IMG/VR virus record: IMGVR_UViG_3300044648_000011
Location: 1 to 51,000 of that record
DNA length: 51,000 nt
Strand: one strand, 5' to 3'
Origin: a virus
Taxonomy: Duplodnaviria > Caudoviricetes
A program made the position numbers and the translations under genes. Under the pieces are notes generated by a model, which was not told the origin of the DNA, did no database searches, and was given only the letters and a program-made list of their open reading frames with translations. This document shows, one piece after another, positions 47,239 to 51,000 of this stretch (its first letter is position 1; each line of letters opens with the position of its first letter).

Positions 47239-47312
47239 GGTGACTGGAGGGTATCGCACCCTCTTCCATCGGATTCACAGTCCAATAAACTCACTTTTCG
47301 TATCTCAGTCAC
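47239..47312 (-). tRNA. tRNA-His(GUG), weak D-arm
   Basis: GTGACTG/CAGTCAC-C73, loop CT-GTG-AA; no encoded G-1. Confidence 0.72.
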
Positions 47313-47314
47313 AG

Positions 47315-47386
47315 TCCCTTCACAAGGATTCGAACCTTGGACCCGCTGCTTGTAGGGCAGCCGCTCTTCCGCTGAGCTATAAAGGG
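47315..47386 (-). tRNA. tRNA-Val(UAC)
   Basis: loop CC-TAC-AA (C33). Confidence 0.88.
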
Positions 47387-47387
47387 G

Positions 47388-47460
47388 TAGCTCTCCCGGG
47401 ATTCGAACCCGGACTGAACAGTTTCTAAGACTGTTGCCTCTCCCGTTGGGCTAGAGAGCC
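47388..47460 (-). tRNA. tRNA-Leu(UAG), short variable region
   Basis: loop CT-TAG-AA. Confidence 0.88.
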
Positions 47461-47501
47461 ATATGGATTACAGGCACTTTCATGTCAGCCTGCTTATCCA
47501 G

Positions 47502-47572
47502 CACCGATAGAAGGATTCGAACCTTCGCGGACCGGTTTTGGAGACCAGCCGACACATCCAGCGCTTATCGAT
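47502..47572 (-). tRNA. tRNA-Trp(CCA)
   Basis: loop CT-CCA-AA, G73; weak D-arm. Confidence 0.8.
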
Positions 47573-47608
47573 AAGAGGAGTCAACATTGCCTAGGATATC
47601 AACTCCAG

Positions 47609-47682
47609 TAGCGGGAGTGAGATTTGAACTCACGACCTTAGGCTTATGAGGCCCACGCGCTAGCCTACTGCGCCATCCCGCT
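47609..47682 (-). tRNA. tRNA-Met(CAU)
   Basis: loop CT-CAT-AA; initiator vs elongator unclear. Confidence 0.9.
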
Positions 47683-47729
47683 AGAGTATCCAGGTGGTAG
47701 CGAGGTACCTGGATACTGGTCTGTTATGC

Positions 47730-47861
47730 TCACGGTTGTCCGTACAACTCGCGATACATCTCCCGAACCTCGTGTCGGTCATGTCCTTCTGCGTTCGGCA
47801 CATGCGGCCTGCGCGATTGATCAGCCAACCTGTCCGCGTATCGTTCAACTTCAGTAAGCAT
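47730..47861 (-). CDS. small hypothetical protein (43 aa)
   Basis: GAGAGG RBS, MLTEVERYADRL... Confidence 0.5.
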   Translation of the reverse strand: MLTEVERYADRLADQSRRPHVPNAEGHDRHEVREMYRELYGQP

Positions 47862-47871
47862 ATCTAACCTC

Positions 47872-48309
47872 TCAACTCGTGCTTAGCAGATCATCCGTCA
47901 GTTCGGGCAATGTATCCGTGATGTTGTTCATTACTCGATCAGCGTCCGTTGCGTACATCCAACCACCGTAATACCCATTCGAGTCGTTCCGGAAACTAAA
48001 GACCGAAGTCTGTTCACCCCACATGTCCGATTCAGTGAAGATTTGGAATCCGTAGCAACGGGTTACGTCGTAGTCGTTTTTCTCGTCTTCGCCGAGATCT
48101 ACTTCTTTGACCGAAATTACCGGTCCGTTCTCCAAGAGCTTCTTGACTCCGTGGAAATCATAAAAGTAGCTGTGCGAGCAACAGTCACCTTCGACTGTGA
48201 AGGCAAAACGTCCTTCGTCCGTCTCGAAGACCAAGTATTCGTCGTTCATAAAGACACGCTCGATGACCTTGCCAACCAAATTCCCTAGGCCGTTGTCTGA
48301 ACTCCACAT
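47872..48309 (-). CDS. conserved phage hypothetical protein
   Basis: GDCCS...NDSNGYYGGW motif; GAGGAG RBS. Confidence 0.8.
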   Translation of the reverse strand: MWSSDNGLGNLVGKVIERVFMNDEYLVFETDEGRFAFTVEGDCCSHSYFYDFHGVKKLLENGPVISVKEVDLGEDEKNDYDVTRCYGFQIFTESDMWGEQTSVFSFRNDSNGYYGGWMYATDADRVMNNITDTLPELTDDLLSTS

Positions 48310-48358
48310 GATCTTCTCTCCTCTCTACGTTAGAGGCAGCAGCGTACCACCGCCCACG

Positions 48359-48430
48359 CGCACCGAACGGGATTCGAACCCGCGTCTCCCAAGTTGACAA
48401 CCTGGTGCTCTACCGCTGAGCTATCCGTGC
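48359..48430 (-). tRNA. tRNA-Asp(GUC)
   Basis: loop TT-GTC-AA, G73. Confidence 0.9.
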
Positions 48431-48434
48431 TTGA

Positions 48435-48538
48435 TAAGACCATACTACACGACGACCCGACTTGTGCACAAGCCTCTCGCGCCCCTTCCCCACATCCGTA
48501 TTCACCCTAAAGGATGACAACAACCTCGTATGGTCTTA
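48435..48538 (-). ncRNA. candidate structured RNA between tRNA-Asn and tRNA-Asp
   Basis: perfect 11-bp closing helix TAAGACCATAC/GTATGGTCTTA. Confidence 0.45.
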
Positions 48539-48540
48539 CG

Positions 48541-48614
48541 CTGGCTAGACAGGACTCGAACCTGTAACAACCGGGTTAACAGCCCGGCTCCCCTGCCGAT
48601 GGGGACTCTAACCA
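48541..48614 (-). tRNA. tRNA-Asn(GUU)
   Basis: loop CT-GTT-AA, U1-A72, G73. Confidence 0.88.
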
Positions 48615-48689
48615 TGAAGGTCAGCCGTATTAGGGTCTGACCCTGTCGACTCCTTCCACAAGAAGTTAATCTTGCACAGGTGGCCGTCG

Positions 48690-48760
48690 TCAGGCCACGA
48701 GGAATTGAACCTCGTCCGCTTCATTCCAAATGAACCATGCAACCACTACACCATGGCCTG
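48690..48760 (-). tRNA. tRNA-Pro(UGG)
   Basis: C1-G72, loop TT-TGG-AA. Confidence 0.88.
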
Positions 48761-48917
48761 GCAACGCTAGTCGCGGTGGTCGATCACACCATCCCACTAG
48801 CTCTGGGCACCTTGAGAATTCAAGTCTCGTCTTACGTCCTTAGGATGCACGCCCTAAGGAACCCAGCTAAAGCTAGTCACAGTTTCACTGCCGTGAGGCA
48901 GGCTTTCTGCAACCGCG

Positions 48918-48989
48918 AGCGTTATACAGGATTCGAACCTGCTCCGTCTGGTTGGAAGCCAGACATGCTACCGTTAACACCAATAACGC
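48918..48989 (-). tRNA. tRNA-Gly(UCC)
   Basis: loop CT-TCC-AA, U73. Confidence 0.93.
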
Positions 48990-48992
48990 AAG

Positions 48993-49071
48993 GGGCCGGT
49001 CCGGAAGATTCGAACTCCCGATTCTCCCAATTGTGAGGGATTTTCTTCTGCCTGAACAAAGATTACCAGCC
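48993..49071 (-). pseudogene. pseudo-tRNA / tRNA-like element
   Basis: GGCTGGT/ACCGGCC, GGGAG-TTCGAAT-CTTCC; irregular core; TCCC-TCACAATT-GGGA. Confidence 0.65.
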
Positions 49072-49075
49072 TTTG

Positions 49076-49147
49076 TACTCCGTACGGGGATCGAACCCGT
49101 GCTTCCAGGGTGAAAACCTGGCGTGCTTACCATTACACCAACCGAGC
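49076..49147 (-). tRNA. tRNA-Glu(UUC)
   Basis: loop TT-TTC-AC. Confidence 0.9.
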
Positions 49148-49209
49148 AAACCGCCTCTGCCGAGATTCATACTGCCGGTCGTTACGAAGCGGTAGATCTT
49201 GTGAGTAGA

Positions 49210-49238
49210 ACTCTACATCGTGTCTGGAGTCTTGTCAA
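49210..49238 (-). promoter_or_regulatory. SigA-type promoter driving the tRNA array
   Basis: TTGACA-17 nt-TAGAGT about 60 nt upstream of tRNA-Glu. Confidence 0.8.
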
Positions 49239-49411
49239 CCCCTGGATCTGATTAAGTTTTGGAGCCCTCCTCGCAGTCCGGGCCGAAGCCTATGGCAAGG
49301 TTACTCGTGCGGGCACATCACACGGTTGGGTTTGCCTCCGAAGAGGCCACTAGGGTGGAGAGGGCACCCTAGGCAAAGCCTGATCAGTGTCGGAACACGA
49401 TCAGGAGCAAG

Positions 49412-49582
49412 TTACCAGATATTTTCTGTCCAAATCCACTTGTGCTGTTTACGGCCATGGTTCAACATGTCCAAAACCGCAACGCCCTTTTTCTTGTTTT
49501 TGATCTTTGTAGAACAATCAGGGCAATACAGCACGTGAAGATCCCCTTCTTGGCGGAATTTCACCTTGGGTCGATCGCTCAT
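49412..49582 (-). CDS. small zinc-finger protein (C-x2-C-x18-H-x4-H)
   Basis: MSDRPK...CPDC...HGRKQH. Confidence 0.7.
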   Translation of the reverse strand: MSDRPKVKFRQEGDLHVLYCPDCSTKIKNKKKGVAVLDMLNHGRKQHKWIWTENIW

Positions 49583-49728
49583 CGCTTCCTTTCGGGCAAG
49601 ACCTTTCGTCCAGGCCCGATGCAATGACCTACAACACCTCGGATCTTGTTGTCGTGCTCTTCGATCTTCCCTGAGCTTAACACATCAACCTGGTTATGGC
49701 AAATCGGACATCTGTACTTCCGAGCCAC
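49579..49728 (-). CDS. small CCHC zinc-binding protein (49 aa)
   Basis: GTG coupled to TerS stop; CPIC...H...CIG. Confidence 0.65.
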   Translation of the reverse strand: MARKYRCPICHNQVDVLSSGKIEEHDNKIRGVVGHCIGPGRKVLPERKR

Positions 49729-50180
49729 TAGTTAGCCTCCCGTTGCTTCTCGAACAGCTCTTCGAAGCGCTGAGCAGCATTAATGACCTTGCCAGTAGCT
49801 TCGTTTCGCTGTACTTCTACCTTGACCCTACGACGATCGCCTTCAGTGAGTAGTAGTTTGCTCATCATCGCGTCGATCGTTGACAGAAGCATAGCAGACA
49901 TCTTCGAAGAAAACAACATGTTGTTCAGAGCGTACATCGTGATTCGTGCATACTCCCAGTCAGAAGGTTCCCAAAACCTGGTTTGACCTGAGTTAGGAAG
50001 GCTGTCCCATAGATCTTGAATGAGTGGATGCGTTTCAACGCCCAAGTCAAGAGACGGGATCTCTACATCGCCGATCATCCGAACTGTTTCCGTCACTAGA
50101 CCATCTTCTCCGGTCTTGTTACGACGTACTCGTTCTGACGGGTGCTTACCAATCGGTCCGGGCTTACCAAGTCCTGGCAT
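49728..50180 (-). CDS. terS: terminase small subunit (L5 gp5-like)
   Basis: GPIGK...RVRRN, WEPSDW, LLLTEGDRRRV; ATG 50180 after AGGAGG. Confidence 0.8.
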   Translation of the reverse strand: MPGLGKPGPIGKHPSERVRRNKTGEDGLVTETVRMIGDVEIPSLDLGVETHPLIQDLWDSLPNSGQTRFWEPSDWEYARITMYALNNMLFSSKMSAMLLSTIDAMMSKLLLTEGDRRRVKVEVQRNEATGKVINAAQRFEELFEKQREAN

Positions 50181-50218
50181 TTTAGCCTCCTGGGCTTTAG
50201 ACACCTCCTGGGTGTCGA

Positions 50219-50524
50219 TCATCGCAGACCGGGGTGTCTCCCAGTCGGTCGTTTTCTTAACATCTTGAGTCTCGCCTTGGCATTATTGCCTTCGCGGGAA
50301 CTTTTCTTAGCATGACATCGCTCACATACAGCTTGCAAATTCGAAAATCGATGATCATCGCCTCTTACTATATGATCTACTTCAGTAGCTTGAATCTGAC
50401 AACCATCATCGATAATTTTACAAGTATACTTATCTCTTTTTAGTATTTTAGGAACAATATAAGTTTCCCAGTCTTTAGGAAGACGTTCCTTCCTAGTAGA
50501 AGTAGACCAAGTCACTATAATCAT
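50219..50524 (-). CDS. HNH endonuclease (packaging-associated)
   Basis: RD.Y.C...C...ATEVDHI...NLQAVC..CH..KS. Confidence 0.92.
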   Translation of the reverse strand: MIIVTWSTSTRKERLPKDWETYIVPKILKRDKYTCKIIDDGCQIQATEVDHIVRGDDHRFSNLQAVCERCHAKKSSREGNNAKARLKMLRKRPTGRHPGLR

Positions 50525-51000
50525 CCTTAGTTATATCTATGTTATCTAAGTAGTTAGAAGGTCTCTTGAAGTCTCTCATATGTTAATACATGTCCACAAG
50601 AGTAGTCTGTGGTCGTCTGAGACCAGATTGTGACGTAGTTCACACTCATACCAACATGATAAGTGTAGGTGGTCCGGTAGGGCTGGTAATGGTCCCTTAC
50701 GACGCGACGCTGTGACCTGCATGTTTACCTGTTGATCAAGTATATTACCACTTGGCTATATACGCTGGTCAGAGCGTTCTAGACCAATGTTGATTACAGT
50801 TGCTTTTATGGTCTATCACCTCAACGTAGTCTTCGCAGGTAGAGAGATCGAAGTATGTCCACACTTGCAGATTGGTCTAGTAAATTGGTCTATTCTAGTA
50901 GAGCCATCGTTGTAGCGATTGATATAGCGGAATGACACGGGGGTATGCGTATTTTGGGCTTAGATCAGCTCCCTATCCCGTACGTAACCTCGAAACCGCA

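Larger units (their letters stand above)
1..51000. mobile_element. Siphovirus-type actinobacteriophage genome (near complete), L5/cluster-A-like gene families
   Basis: Full terminase-portal-capsid-tail-lysis set on minus strand, replication genes on plus strand, non-coding ends, no host housekeeping genes. Confidence 0.95.

Noticed and set aside
45791-49133. ORF-track calls overlapping tRNAs, including the N-terminal extension of 46761-47039
   Set aside because: They are explained by tRNA sequence; the Acb2 gene starts at ATG 46976.
49261-49320. HDV/theta ribozyme suggested by CCTCCTCGC on the plus strand
   Set aside because: P1/P2/P3 pairings could not be built, and the strand is opposite to local transcription.
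1-51000. Stop-codon reassignment, or a cluster-A stoperator/repressor system
   Set aside because: Conserved genes are intact in the standard code with no clear suppressor tRNA. I saw no recurrent 13-mer or repressor by eye, though a k-mer count would be needed to exclude one.

Overview
This window is nearly a whole (~51 kb) tailed dsDNA actinobacteriophage genome with L5/cluster-A-like gene families and two convergent arms. The plus arm (~1.1-27 kb) carries early and replication genes: a MoxR/CobS-type AAA+ ATPase with a vWA-like partner, PRTase, Cas4-like exonuclease, two RNA ligases, SPFH lipoprotein, EndoVII, primase-polymerase/helicase, DnaQ-like exonuclease, sigma-like protein, SSB, DNA Pol A, dNTP diphosphohydrolase, HAD phosphatase and PNKP. 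The minus arm (50.5 to 27 kb) carries HNH, TerS, a 3.2 kb array of 21 tRNAs plus one pseudo-tRNA with an embedded Acb2-like anti-CBASS gene, TerL, portal, head and tail genes (including a -1 frameshifted tail chaperone) and lysis genes. I recognised no integrase, repressor or LysB. The most unusual signal is a layer of RNA structure that the genes do not explain. Four tRNA-like elements with altered or missing anticodon arms punctuate the early transcript, one with the Ala identity G3:U70/A73 and an encoded CCA. Further structured RNAs closed by acceptor-like 7-bp helices sit between tRNAs. All folds were made by eye and all family calls come from remembered motifs, not searches.
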